This document shows, in pieces, positions 1 to 11,297 of a stretch of DNA of 64,000 nucleotides. Positions within the stretch are counted from its first letter, which is position 1. Each line of letters starts with the position of its first letter. Made by a program: the position numbers and the translations under genes. Under the pieces are notes generated by a model. The model was not told the origin of the DNA, ran no database searches, and saw only the letters and a list, made by a program, of their open reading frames with translations. Where the stretch lies: contig CAWJKZ010000025.1 in assembly GCA_963843575.1 (NCBI GenBank), positions 32,001 to 96,000 of the forward strand. The letters run 5' to 3'. The DNA comes from an uncultured Acidobacteriota bacterium (GTDB lineage: Bacteria; Acidobacteriota; UBA6911).

Positions 1-1
1 T

Positions 2-541
2 CCGGAAGGCACGGTAACCCGCATCCACGCACGCGCGCGCGGTTTCCTTCAGGGTGGCCCGGGCCGGATAGCCGGTGGCATAGCACTCGACGTGCTCGCG
101 GGTCGGACCGCCGAGCAGGCGATAGACCGGCACCCCCAGCGCCTTGCCCCTGATGTCCCATAGTGCCGTGTCCAGCGCGCCGATGGCGTGCAACTTCTCC
201 CTGCCGGCCGGATAAAAATAGCCGCGGTAGAGGATCTGCCAGATCTGCTCGGTCCGGAACGGATCCATACCGATGATCGCGGCGGCGCACTGCTCGATCG
301 TATCCTTCGCCCCGCCTTCCCCGATCCCGCTGATGCCGGCGTCGGTTTCGACGACGACCACGTTCGTGCTCTGGTTGAAGAGCCCGGGCACGCTGGTCTT
401 CCGCTGGGCGGCATCGCCGGTGGACTGATAGTACCGGATGCGGGTGATCTTCATGCTCGACGATAGGGCTGCCGTCACCCCGGCCGTCAGCATTGCACCC
501 CCGGCGCCTGCGAATGAGTTCAGGAAATGTCTGCGGTTCAT
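2..541 (-). CDS. Mandelate racemase/muconate lactonizing (enolase superfamily) sugar-acid dehydratase with Tat signal; 3' end runs off the window
   Basis: Manual translation from ATG at 541: MNRRHFLNSFAGAGG (twin-arginine) ... MKITRIR ... VVVETDAGISGIGE ... ALDTALWDIRGKALGVPVYRLLGG, the typical N-terminal capping domain. Not in the ORF track because it has no stop in the window. Confidence 0.85.
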   Translation of the reverse strand, partial: MNRRHFLNSFAGAGGAMLTAGVTAALSSSMKITRIRYYQSTGDAAQRKTSVPGLFNQSTNVVVVETDAGISGIGEGGAKDTIEQCAAAIIGMDPFRTEQIWQILYRGYFYPAGREKLHAIGALDTALWDIRGKALGVPVYRLLGGPTREHVECYATGYPARATLKETARACVDAGYRAFR

Positions 542-693
542 TGCTCGCTCTCCCCAGGCCATGGGCGGCCTTGAAGGTCCAGGGCGTTTTGGCCTTCACA
601 ACGACGGATGATCCTCACACGGCCGATTGTACGAGCATCGACGGCACATCGTGCGGGCCTTTCTCCAAAAAACCGAACGAAACTGCGGGCCGA

Positions 694-773
694 GGAGTGC
701 AGGGTGGCGCCGAGGCGCCGGGCATTCCGGCCGTGGGAGGCAAGTGAAAGCGGCGCCCAGCGTGCCGCACTCC
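694..773. repeat. REP-like family B element (GGAGTGC...GCACTCC)
   Basis: Terminal inverted GGAGTGC/GCACTCC plus internal GGCGCCGAGGCGCC palindrome shared with other copies. Confidence 0.7.
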
Positions 774-837
774 AGAGACTGGATCTCAGGAACGTTCCGC
801 GCCACAATACGGGCGATCGACACCGAAGGGAGCACCC

Positions 838-2259
838 ATGCATGCCCTGGCCCGCATCGCCGCGATGTGCGTCCTCGGCTCGTCCCTGCCGGCATTTGCC
901 CAGCAGGCGGGCCGCACGCCCCTGAGACTCCACCCCGACAACGGCCACTATCTCGAGTTTCGAGGGAAACCGGCGGTCCTGATCACGTCGGGCGAGCACT
1001 ACGGCGCCGTGCTTAACGTTGACTTCGACTACCGCATCTACCTCGACGAACTGCGGGACAACGGTTTGAACCTCACCCGGACGTTCTCCGGAACCTATCG
1101 CGAGGTGGCCGACTCATTCGGGATAACGGACAACACCCTGGCACCCCGGCGCTACCTGGCGCCCTGGGCGCGGAGCACGACCGCGGGCGCGGAGGACAAG
1201 TTCGACCTCACCCGGTTCAATCCCGATTACTTTGCCCGCCTCGCGGATTTCGTCTCGCAAGCCTCGCAGCGGGGCATCGTCGTGGAGTTCGTCCTGTTCT
1301 GTCCTTTCTACGACGAGAAGCTGTGGGCTGCAAACCCGATGAACGCGGTGAACAACGTCAATGGGATCGGCAAGTGCGGCCGCGAAGAGGTCTACACGTT
1401 GCTCCACAGGGACCTGTTGGGCATTCATGAGGCGTTCGTCCGCGAGACGGTCTCGGCCCTGAACGAATACGACAACGTCTACTTCGAGATCTGCAACGAG
1501 CCGTACTTCGGCGGCGTCCGTGAGGACTGGCAGGCGCACATCGCACGCACCATCGTGGAAACCGAAAAAAACCTGCCTCACCGCCACCTCATCGCCCAGA
1601 ACATCGCGAACGGCCGCCGGAAGATCGACAAGCCGGATCCCAACGTGTCGATCTTCAATTTCCATTACGCCACGCCCCCCGACACGGTGGCGGAAAACTA
1701 CCGGTTGAACAGGGCCCTGGCCGACGACGAGACGGGATTCAGGGGCAGAGACGACGTGCTCTACCGGACGGAGGGGTGGGACTTCATCCTGTCCGGCGGG
1801 GCGATATACAGCAGCCTCGATTACTCATTCACGACGTCACACCCGGACGGCGCTTTTGCGCAATACAAGTCGCCGGGGGGAGGGAGCCGGGACCTCCGAC
1901 GCCAGTTGCGCGTACTGAAGGGCTTCATCGACGGCTTCGATTTCCTCCGCATGGCTCCCCATAACGACGCGATCGAGGGGGGAACGGTCACGGCCGCTTT
2001 GAGCGGGGTGCCGGCCCAGGCCAGGATAACGGCGCGCGTGCTGGCCGAACCCGGAAAGAACTACGCCGTCTACCTGCTCGGGGGAAAGGCCGCGGAACTC
2101 GCCGTGCGGTTGCCCGCGGGCAGTTACCTCGCCGAATGGATCGACACCAAAACCGGGAAGGTCGCGGCCACCGAAAGGTTCGAACACGCCGGCGGGCCCA
2201 GGACCCTGAAGTCCCCCCCTTACAGCGAGGACATCGCGCTGAAGATCCTGGCACGCTGA
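838..2259 (+). CDS. Secreted putative glycoside hydrolase (clan GH-A/GH5-like TIM barrel) with C-terminal beta-sandwich
   Basis: Signal peptide ending in AFA-QQ, ICNEPY acid/base motif, ADDETG candidate nucleophile, C-terminal 'YLAEWIDTKTG' domain. Confidence 0.7.
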   Translation: MHALARIAAMCVLGSSLPAFAQQAGRTPLRLHPDNGHYLEFRGKPAVLITSGEHYGAVLNVDFDYRIYLDELRDNGLNLTRTFSGTYREVADSFGITDNTLAPRRYLAPWARSTTAGAEDKFDLTRFNPDYFARLADFVSQASQRGIVVEFVLFCPFYDEKLWAANPMNAVNNVNGIGKCGREEVYTLLHRDLLGIHEAFVRETVSALNEYDNVYFEICNEPYFGGVREDWQAHIARTIVETEKNLPHRHLIAQNIANGRRKIDKPDPNVSIFNFHYATPPDTVAENYRLNRALADDETGFRGRDDVLYRTEGWDFILSGGAIYSSLDYSFTTSHPDGAFAQYKSPGGGSRDLRRQLRVLKGFIDGFDFLRMAPHNDAIEGGTVTAALSGVPAQARITARVLAEPGKNYAVYLLGGKAAELAVRLPAGSYLAEWIDTKTGKVAATERFEHAGGPRTLKSPPYSEDIALKILAR

Positions 2260-2278
2260 CCCGGAGACCGCCGCAGGG

Positions 2279-2461
2279 TCAACTGCGCTCCGGGGCGTTG
2301 GGCACCAGGATCCACATCAGGATGTAGATCAGAAACTGCGGGCCCGGCAGGATGCAGGAGAGCAGCGCAAGCAGCCGAACTGTCGTCGGCGACATGTTGT
2401 ACCTCTCCGCGATCCCGCCGCATACCCCAGCGATGATCCGATGCTTCCGCGAACGATACAT
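2279..2461 (-). CDS. pspC: PspC domain protein
   Basis: YRSRKHRIIAGVCGGIAERY...YILMWILVP is the PspC signature. Confidence 0.85.
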   Translation of the reverse strand: MYRSRKHRIIAGVCGGIAERYNMSPTTVRLLALLSCILPGPQFLIYILMWILVPNAPERS

Positions 2462-2514
2462 GGTCGCTACTCCGGTTCAGGAGTTTTCCCCCGGGCGGAA
2501 ATATAACAAACGAT

Positions 2515-2675
2515 AAGTGGGTCCGGGCCTCAACAGGCTGTCCAACGGTGGATCGCGGTGTGCGGCGGCTCGACGCCACCGCAGGACGGTCGTGAAAGCG
2601 CCGCCGAGGCCAGCCGAGGCGCCGCACTCCGAATTTCACGTCATTCGTTGAACAGCCTCTGAAGCCGGGACGCAC
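2515..2675. mobile_element. Degenerate MITE nested between REP-A half sites
   Basis: GTGGGTCCGGGCCTCAAC-AGGCTGTCCAACGGTGGA ... TCATTCGTTGAACAGCCT-CTGAAG-CCGGGACGCAC, with an internal family B REP. Confidence 0.7.
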
Positions 2676-2684
2676 GTGTCCAGC

Positions 2685-5117
2685 CTACTCCCAGCGAAGC
2701 GCCTGCATCGGGTCGATTTTCGTCGCACGGCGGGCGGGACTCCAGCAGGCGGCTGCTGCGGCAGCGGCCAGCACAAGGACGACGGCGCCGATGGTCACCG
2801 GGTCCCGGGCGTCCACCTCGTAGAGCAACCGGCCGACGATCCGGCCTGCCGCGAGGGAAGCCAGCACCCCCAGCGCGAGTCCGGCGGCGACGGGGACCAT
2901 CGCCTGCGCCAGCACCATCCGGCGCACCTGTCCGGGGCCGGCCCCCACTGCGATGCGTACACCGATCTCGTTGGTGCGCCGGGCGACGGTGTAGGCGACC
3001 ACGCCATAGATGCCGAGGGCGGCCAGCAGGAGTGCGGTCGCACCGAAGGCCACCGCCAGGACGGTCTGGAAGCGCCGCTGTGCGACCGCGTCCTCCAGGA
3101 ACTGCTGCATGGTGCGCATGGCCGGGACGGGGACGTCGGGATCGACGCTGTGCACCGCGGCCCGCATGGCCCCGGCGATCGACCGGGGATCGGCGGCCGC
3201 GCGTGCGGCGAGCAGGACCTGGCGCGGCGCCCAGTCCCAGTAGGGGCGGTAGACGATGGCCGCGGGGACCCTGTCGGCGTCGGACCGGACGTCACCGGCG
3301 ACCCCGATCACCTCGTACTCCTGGTCGGGCTGCCTGAGGAACCGGCGCCCCAGAGCCGGCTGTCCCGGCCAGAGCTGCTGGGCAATGCGTTCGGACACGA
3401 TCGCCACCTTCCGCGTGCGGTCGCCCTCGGCAAAGGTCCGCCCCGACAGGAGCGGGATCCCCATGGTCGACAGGTAATCCGCGCTCACGAACCTCACGTT
3501 GACCACGGGCCGTTCCATCTGCGGCCGCGTGTCGCCCGGCAGGTAGGCCGAGTCGACCCAGGTTTCCCCGGTCAGCGGCAGAGCGGTCGAGATCGCCGCC
3601 GAGAGCACGCCGGGCTGCATCCTGAGCCGCTCCAGCACCTGCTCGTGAAAGCGGTTGCGCTGCTCCTCTTTCTGGTATTTCGTCATCGGGATGGCGATCT
3701 CCGCGGCCAGGACCGTCGGGGCGTGGAATCCCTTGTCGGCGCGCAGCACGCGCAGGAAGCTGCCCCCCAGCAGCGCCGCGAGCACCAGCAGGACCACGCT
3801 CAGCGCCACCTCGGCTCCCACGAGGGCATTGCGGAACCGGGCTCCCCGGTGGGTGTCGGTCGACGTGCGCCCGCCCGCTTTCAGGGCGTCCTGGGGCTCT
3901 GCGCGGGCGCCGTGCCACGCCGGGGCGAACCCGAACAGCAGGCCTGTAGCGGTCGTCAGGCCGAGCGCGAAGGCGAGGACGCGGGCATCCAGCCGCACCT
4001 CGTCGAGCCGCGGCAGGTCCGCCGGGGCAAAGCGCAGCAGCCCGTCGAGCCCCACGGCCGCGATCCACGTCCCGGCTATCCCTCCCAGCAAGGCGATCAG
4101 GAGCGCCTCGACCAGCACCTGCCGGACCAGCCTCCCCCTGCTCGCCCCGAGCGCCGTGCGCACCGCCCATTCCCGCCCGCGCCGCTCGGCGCGCGCCAGC
4201 ATGAGGTTCGCGAGGTTGACGCACACGATCAGGAGCACGGATCCGACGGCGGCCAGCAGGACTAGCAGCCCGGTGCGCGACTTGCGGACCAGGCTTTCCT
4301 GGAGCGGCGTCACCGACGCATGCAGGTTCGCCGTTTCCCCCGCTAGCTGCTCCAACTGGCCGGCCACGACGTTGAGTTCCGCCAACGCCGCCTCGCGGCC
4401 CACCCCGCGGTTCAGGCGGGCGATGACCGCGTAGTTGAACGTGCCCATCAACTCCGCCAGCTCGCTCCTGGAAAACGCCAGCGGCTTGAACAGCTCGGGC
4501 TCCCGGATGAGGGACAGCCCGGTTTCGAACACGGACGTCGGGGGCATCCGGAACCACGGCGGGAGCACCCCGATTATGGTGTGGGGCAGGCTGTCGAGCA
4601 GGACCGTCTTGCCGATCACGGAGGGGTCACCCTGAAACCGGCGCCTCCACAGGCCATCGCTGATGACGGCGACCCGGTCGCGCCCCTCCGTGTCCTCGCC
4701 CGCGGCGAAGGAGCGGCCGAGCCGGGGCTGCACGCGCAGCGTGTAGAAGAGGTCCGCCGAGACCCGCGCCGCGTTCAACCGCTCGGGCTCGCCCGTCCCG
4801 GTGAGGTTCAGGGTCCCCTGTCCGACGGCCGAGAGCGATTCGAAGGAGGAACAGCGCGCGCGCCACTCCGTGAAGTGACGCGCCGAAACCGGCAGCGTGG
4901 GGTAGGTCGAAGCGACCGCCGGGATGACCTCGCGCAGGGCGACCAGGTTTCCCGGCGCCTCGAATGGAAGCGGCCGGAGCAGGATGCTGTTGACGACGGA
5001 GAAAATGGCCGTGTTGGCGCCGATGCCGAGCGCAAGCATCACGATGGAGAGCGCGGCGAAGCCCGGTTCCCGCGCCAATGTCCTTGCCGCAAATCGGATG
5101 TCGCCCCAGAGTGCCAT
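2685..5117 (-). CDS. ADOP-type duplicated MacB/FtsX ABC permease
   Basis: 810 aa; LALGIGANTAIFSVVN, LLIVCVNLANL, AVRTALGASRGRL, GIYGVVAYTVARRTNEIGVR and C-terminal PARRATKIDPMQALRWE; GGAGG RBS upstream. Confidence 0.92.
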   Translation of the reverse strand: MALWGDIRFAARTLAREPGFAALSIVMLALGIGANTAIFSVVNSILLRPLPFEAPGNLVALREVIPAVASTYPTLPVSARHFTEWRARCSSFESLSAVGQGTLNLTGTGEPERLNAARVSADLFYTLRVQPRLGRSFAAGEDTEGRDRVAVISDGLWRRRFQGDPSVIGKTVLLDSLPHTIIGVLPPWFRMPPTSVFETGLSLIREPELFKPLAFSRSELAELMGTFNYAVIARLNRGVGREAALAELNVVAGQLEQLAGETANLHASVTPLQESLVRKSRTGLLVLLAAVGSVLLIVCVNLANLMLARAERRGREWAVRTALGASRGRLVRQVLVEALLIALLGGIAGTWIAAVGLDGLLRFAPADLPRLDEVRLDARVLAFALGLTTATGLLFGFAPAWHGARAEPQDALKAGGRTSTDTHRGARFRNALVGAEVALSVVLLVLAALLGGSFLRVLRADKGFHAPTVLAAEIAIPMTKYQKEEQRNRFHEQVLERLRMQPGVLSAAISTALPLTGETWVDSAYLPGDTRPQMERPVVNVRFVSADYLSTMGIPLLSGRTFAEGDRTRKVAIVSERIAQQLWPGQPALGRRFLRQPDQEYEVIGVAGDVRSDADRVPAAIVYRPYWDWAPRQVLLAARAAADPRSIAGAMRAAVHSVDPDVPVPAMRTMQQFLEDAVAQRRFQTVLAVAFGATALLLAALGIYGVVAYTVARRTNEIGVRIAVGAGPGQVRRMVLAQAMVPVAAGLALGVLASLAAGRIVGRLLYEVDARDPVTIGAVVLVLAAAAAAACWSPARRATKIDPMQALRWE

Positions 5118-5199
5118 AGGCTTTCCTCCCGCCGCAGTGTACTACGAACAAAGCGGGCAGAGAGTTCCGGCATTGCGCTCCGCGAGGCGCTCGAAAGGA

Positions 5200-6488
5200 C
5201 TACTTCTCCAGAACGTCTTTTTCCAGGCAGCCCGATATGGTGTTGGATTCCAGCCGCAGCGGGCCGGCGCCCGCGACCTTGTAGATGCCGTACCTCTGGG
5301 TCCGCGCGCTCCCGGCCCTGGTCTCGGCGATCTGGTTGCCTGTGATCGCGAGGCCCGCGGCGCTGGGCTCGATGTAGAACCCGTACCCTTCCCTCTGGTT
5401 GCCGTTGTCGAGCACCTTGTTGCCGCGGAAGGTGTTGCGGTGGCCGCTGTTCTCCAAGGTCTCCTTGCGGAAGTAGCACGCCGCAGAATCCGTTGCGGGC
5501 GATGGTGTTGTTCACGAACTCGTTGTCGGTGTCCTTGTGCCCGATCGAGATGCCGTAGCGGCCGTTCTGTCTCGATGACGTTGTCGACGAACTGGCCGTG
5601 GCGCACGCGCCAGCAGAGATAGAGGCCCGTTTCGCCCGTTGTCGTGGATGCGGCAGTTCTTGACCGCGGGCCGCGTCGCTGCCCGGTGCCGGGGTGGACG
5701 CCGTAGCCCGGTGTGGCCGTAGGACTCGCAGTTGAGGACCTGCACGTTGTCGGTGATCTGGAACGAGATGCCGTCGCCGTTGATAGTTGCGGGCGACGCA
5801 GTTCCGGATCGTGACGTCGCGGACGTGTAGAGGTAGATGGCCCCGCCGCGGCAGCCGTCGAGGTAGGCGTTCTCGTCCTTGTTCCCGTCGACGGTGATCC
5901 CGTCGAAGGTCACCCTTTCGGCGTTGATGGCGCACAGGATCGGGAAGGTGTTGCGCACGCGGGCGTGCTGCCGCTCCGGAGTCGTAGTCCCGCAGCGTCA
6001 TCGGGTGCAGCCGGAGCAGGTTCCCCTCGACCGCCGTGACCGTGGTCACGCTGATGTCCCAGCCTTGCTTGCTGCGTGTCGTCCAGGACGCTGATGCCCA
6101 TGCCCGGCTGGAACTTCTGGCCGGCTCGGCGACCCGCAGCTGGCCTTCGCCGTAGTCGCCGTCTTCGAGCAGGGGGCTCTCGACGCCGGCGCTCTTTCTG
6201 CAGGATGGTCTGTCCCGGTACCCCGCGCACCGTCACCCGGGACGGGACGAACAGGCTGTTGTGCATGGTGTAGGTGCCGGGGCCGATCTCAAGCGTGTCC
6301 CCGGGGCGCAGCATGTCGGCCGCCTTCTGGAGCGCGACGCTGTCGTTGCCGACCACGTCGCCGCTGCCCGATTGAACGACGCGGATGGTCCGCGGTCCCG
6401 CGGGAGCGTCCTGCACTGGGGCGCGGCACCCGGCGGCGGCAAGCAAAACGGTGGAAAGGCAAATCGCGGCGGTCCCGAATCTCTGCAT
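5200..6488 (-). pseudogene. Exported right-handed parallel beta-helix (NosD/pectin-lyase-like) protein broken by several frameshifts (possibly assembly errors)
   Basis: Coherent beta-helix segments are spread over several frames (5910-6488, 5512-5958, 5039-6049, 5200-5457), e.g. ALQKAADMLRPGDTLEIGPGTY, ITVDGNKDEN, NGRYGISIGHKDTDNEFVNNTI; signal peptide with AAGC lipobox-like site. Confidence 0.7.
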
Positions 6489-6556
6489 GGCGTGCCTCCT
6501 GGTCGACAGATGACGCCCCGACTGTAGCCCGGCATCCCCACCCCATGCAACCTATA

Positions 6557-6664
6557 TGGAGTGCGGCGGCTCGACGCCGCCGGCGCGGTTCGATGTGGCG
6601 CCGAGGCGCCGGGCGTTTCGGGGACGGGACGAAGCGGAAAGCGGCGCCTCGGCGCCGCACTCCA
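6557..6664. repeat. REP-like family B element directly after the typA stop
   Basis: TGGAGTGCGGCGGCTCGACGCCGC ... AAAGCGGCGCCTCGGCGCCGCACTCCA. Confidence 0.8.
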
Positions 6665-8485
<1,821 letters not shown>

Positions 8486-8634
8486 TGCTGTTTTCTCCAA
8501 GCCGACTCGAGTGGGCCGCGGCGGCTCGACGCGGCCCGCGTAGTCCGGACATCCTGTGCGGTTCTTGATTCGTCCCGGCGCCGGCTCGATCGTGGACGCG
8601 GTCGGGCCGACCCCATCCACCCAGGCGGGCCTTA

Positions 8635-8662
8635 ATAATAGCGCGCGGCCCGCTCCCGTCAA
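8635..8662 (-). promoter_or_regulatory. Putative sigma70 promoter for typA
   Basis: TTGACG-N16-TATTAT on the minus strand. Confidence 0.45.
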
Positions 8663-8673
8663 GTAATCCGGGA

Positions 8674-8910
8674 TTGCTAGACGCGCCTGTCGGTTTGGAA
8701 TCTGGCTCCGTGGTCGTGCGTCACGGCGCTCTTAAGCTGATCGAGTTCTACGAGGACATGCGGGTCGAGCTGTACGACCTGCGCCACGAACCGTCAGAGA
8801 AGGAAGACCTCGGGGGCAAACTTCCCGGCACGGCCGACAGGCTGCAGAAATTGCCGCACGACTGGCGCCGGCAGGTGAACGCCGCCATGCCCGAGCGCGC
8901 GGGCGCCTGA
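8674..8910 (+). pseudogene. C-terminal fragment of an arylsulfatase-family gene
   Basis: [32 protein letters not shown]...LHDW-like tail typical of sulfatase C-termini; no N-terminal CxPxR catalytic region. Confidence 0.65.
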
Positions 8911-9021
8911 ACAGACGAATAGAGTCCCGAAGCGAGCGGACAGGAAAGCCCCGGGGGGAAGAGGCTGTCCAGCGGTTGAACCGCCGGCTGCGCCCGTAAG
9001 ACAAGTGGGTCCGGGCTTCAG

Positions 9022-9242
9022 AAGCTGTCCATCGGTTGATTGTGAAGTGCGGCGGCTCGACGCCGCTTTGGTGGCGGCGCCTCGGCACCACCAAAGGCCG
9101 AGGTCGCAGGGTCGCATCTCGCAATTCGGCGTGGCGCCGAGGCGCCGAGCATTCCTGCCGCAGGACGAGTGAAAGCGGCGCCGAGGCGCCGCACTCCAGA
9201 TTACTTGTTCGTCCGGATTGAACGTCAACCGTTGGACAGCCT
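9022..9242. mobile_element. MITE (about 220 bp) with 18-bp TIRs, carrying a family B REP and flanked by REP-A half sites
   Basis: AAGCTGTCCATCGGTTGA ... TCAACCGTTGGACAGCCT; near-identical to 39482-39704; an extra solo TIR lies at 8962-8979. Confidence 0.8.
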
Positions 9243-9313
9243 CTGAAGCCCGGACCCAGCTGTATCTGCCGAAGAGCACGAATTCCCCAGCCCCAGGGGC
9301 CGCGCCGCCGCGG

Positions 9314-9703
9314 TTATTTCGCGTTGACGACGACATGCGTGTGGGAGACGATCGCGCCGCCGAGGAAGTAGCCGTCGGCCTTCGCGGGCCAGAACTCGGC
9401 AATCGTGTGCTCATTATCGACCTTGTCGAAGACGAGATGCGCCTCGGCGCCCGTAAGGTCCTGGACGGCGAGCGCGGTGATAACGGGCACGTCCACGGTG
9501 GCGCCCCCTCCCTGCGCCCGCAGCGATACGGCTTTCGGGTTCGCCTTGTCGAAGGTGACCACGTAGGTGCCGGCGGGGAGCACCTGTTTGCCCGCCTTGA
9601 ACTGGAACGGAATCCGGGCCGTCACGCTGTCGGCACTGACCAACGGTCCGGCGCACAAGATCGTCGAGACTGCTATCATCGCTCCCAACAGCCACTTTGC
9701 CAT
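9314..9703 (-). CDS. Small secreted beta-sandwich protein of unknown function
   Basis: Signal peptide; VTARIPFQFKAGKQVLPAGTY and HLVFDK motifs; GGAGG RBS. Confidence 0.75.
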   Translation of the reverse strand: MAKWLLGAMIAVSTILCAGPLVSADSVTARIPFQFKAGKQVLPAGTYVVTFDKANPKAVSLRAQGGGATVDVPVITALAVQDLTGAEAHLVFDKVDNEHTIAEFWPAKADGYFLGGAIVSHTHVVVNAK

Positions 9704-9829
9704 CCGACACCTCCAGAGAGGGACTCGCTAAATACATTCTCTCACGGGAGCAGGCTCTTGAGAATCGGGTTCAGCGTACGCAGTTCCATATGAACTGTAT
9801 GGCTGCAGCAAACTGCGTCCAGGCTGAAG

Positions 9830-9939
9830 AGGCTGTCCAACGGTTGATTGTGGAAGTGCGGCGGCTCGACGCCGCTTCGGTGGCGGCGCCGAGGCGCCGC
9901 ACTCCAGATTACTTCAGTTCGTCAACCGTTGGACAGCCT
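9830..9939. mobile_element. Short MITE (110 bp) with perfect 18-bp TIRs and 6-bp target duplication CTGAAG
   Basis: CTGAAG(9824-9829) | AGGCTGTCCAACGGTTGA ... TCAACCGTTGGACAGCCT | CTGAAG(9940-9945) CCCGGACCCACTT. Confidence 0.85.
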
Positions 9940-10063
9940 CTGAAGCCCGGACCCACTTGTTGGTCGTCAGTGCCCGGATGGGTTCCCGCCTCCCAGGAAG
10001 ACTCTTGTATCGGGTGCCCCGGCGGAGGAAAATTTCCCGGGATTCACCCCAGCGGAGGTCAAG

Positions 10064-11035
10064 ATGAAGTTTCCTGTGAAGGATCCCCTCACCTGGCACT
10101 ACCCGCCGATCGAACCGTTCCGCAGCGGCCGGTTGCGCGTCTCCGATGTCCATGAGCTGTACTTCGAGGAAAGCGGCAACCCGGGGGGCAAACCGGTCGT
10201 GTTCCTGCACGGCGGACCCGGCGGCGGCTCCGAACCGAAGCAGCGGCAATTCTTCAACCCCGCGAAATACCGCATCGTCAATTTCGACCAGAGGGGCTGC
10301 GGCAAGAGCACCCCGTACGCCTCCCTCGAGGACAACACAACCTGGGCGCTGGTATCGGATATCGAGAAGCTCCGCGAGCACCTCGGCATTGCGAAATGGC
10401 AGGTGTTCGGTGGGTCCTGGGGCTCGACCCTCGCCCTGGCCTACGCCGAGACCCATCCGGAGCGGGTCACGGAGCTCGTGTTGCGGGGGATCTTTCTGCT
10501 CCGAAAGCGTGAAATCGACTGGTTTTACCAACACGGCGCCTCCGTGATATATCCGGACGCCTGGGAACCGTTCCTCGCGCACATCCCCGAGGGGGAGCGC
10601 GGGGAGATGCTGCAGGCCTACCACCGCCGCCTCACGAGCGACGACCCGGCCGTGCGCCTGGCCGCAGCCAAGGTCTGGAGCGGCTGGGAGGGGGCCACGT
10701 CGAAGCTGATCCCGGACCCGGAGTTCACCGGACACTACGAGGAAGACGAATTCGCCCTCGCTTTCGCGCGGATCGAAGCTCACTATTTCATCAACCGGGG
10801 ATTCCTCGAGAGGGACGACCAGCTGCTGCTCGACGCGGCGAAAGTCCGTCATATCCCCGGCGTGATCGTGCAGGGCCGGTACGACGTAGTCTGCCCGATC
10901 GACAGCGCCTGGGCGCTGCACCGGGCTTGGCCCGAAGCCGACTTGATCATCACGCCCGACAGCGGCCACAGCGCCTTCGAGCCGCCCAACAGCCGCGCCC
11001 TGGTTGCCGCCACCGACCGGTTCGCGGGACTCTGA
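10064..11035 (+). CDS. pip: Proline iminopeptidase
   Basis: LHGGPGGG, FDQRGCGKS, VFGGSWGSTL (nucleophile), VQGRYDVVCP, SGHSAFEP. Confidence 0.95.
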   Translation: MKFPVKDPLTWHYPPIEPFRSGRLRVSDVHELYFEESGNPGGKPVVFLHGGPGGGSEPKQRQFFNPAKYRIVNFDQRGCGKSTPYASLEDNTTWALVSDIEKLREHLGIAKWQVFGGSWGSTLALAYAETHPERVTELVLRGIFLLRKREIDWFYQHGASVIYPDAWEPFLAHIPEGERGEMLQAYHRRLTSDDPAVRLAAAKVWSGWEGATSKLIPDPEFTGHYEEDEFALAFARIEAHYFINRGFLERDDQLLLDAAKVRHIPGVIVQGRYDVVCPIDSAWALHRAWPEADLIITPDSGHSAFEPPNSRALVAATDRFAGL

Positions 11036-11297
11036 CGCGAGGGCCTTCACGGCGAGATCCCGAGGCTTGTCTCGAAGGTTCGAAGGCGCAAAGAAATTCG
11101 TGTTGATTGGACGGATCGGGTCGGTTAATGTCAATGAAACTGCGGTAAGCGGTATCGGTGTAGCTTGGGTGTGCATTCGTTCCTGATTTCCTTCCGAGGG
11201 GGATCAGAGCGCGCTCCCCGGCGTCGTGAGCGCTTTCCTTAAGATCAGGTTCATTTTTCGCCCGCCGCGGGCGTTGAAACGCAGGCTGAGATTGTTT

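Noticed and set aside
9036-9221. Similar short ORFs 'ECGGSTPLWWRRLG' at 9036 and about 39500
   Set aside because: They are translations of the MITE/REP sequence, not a protein family or transposase.
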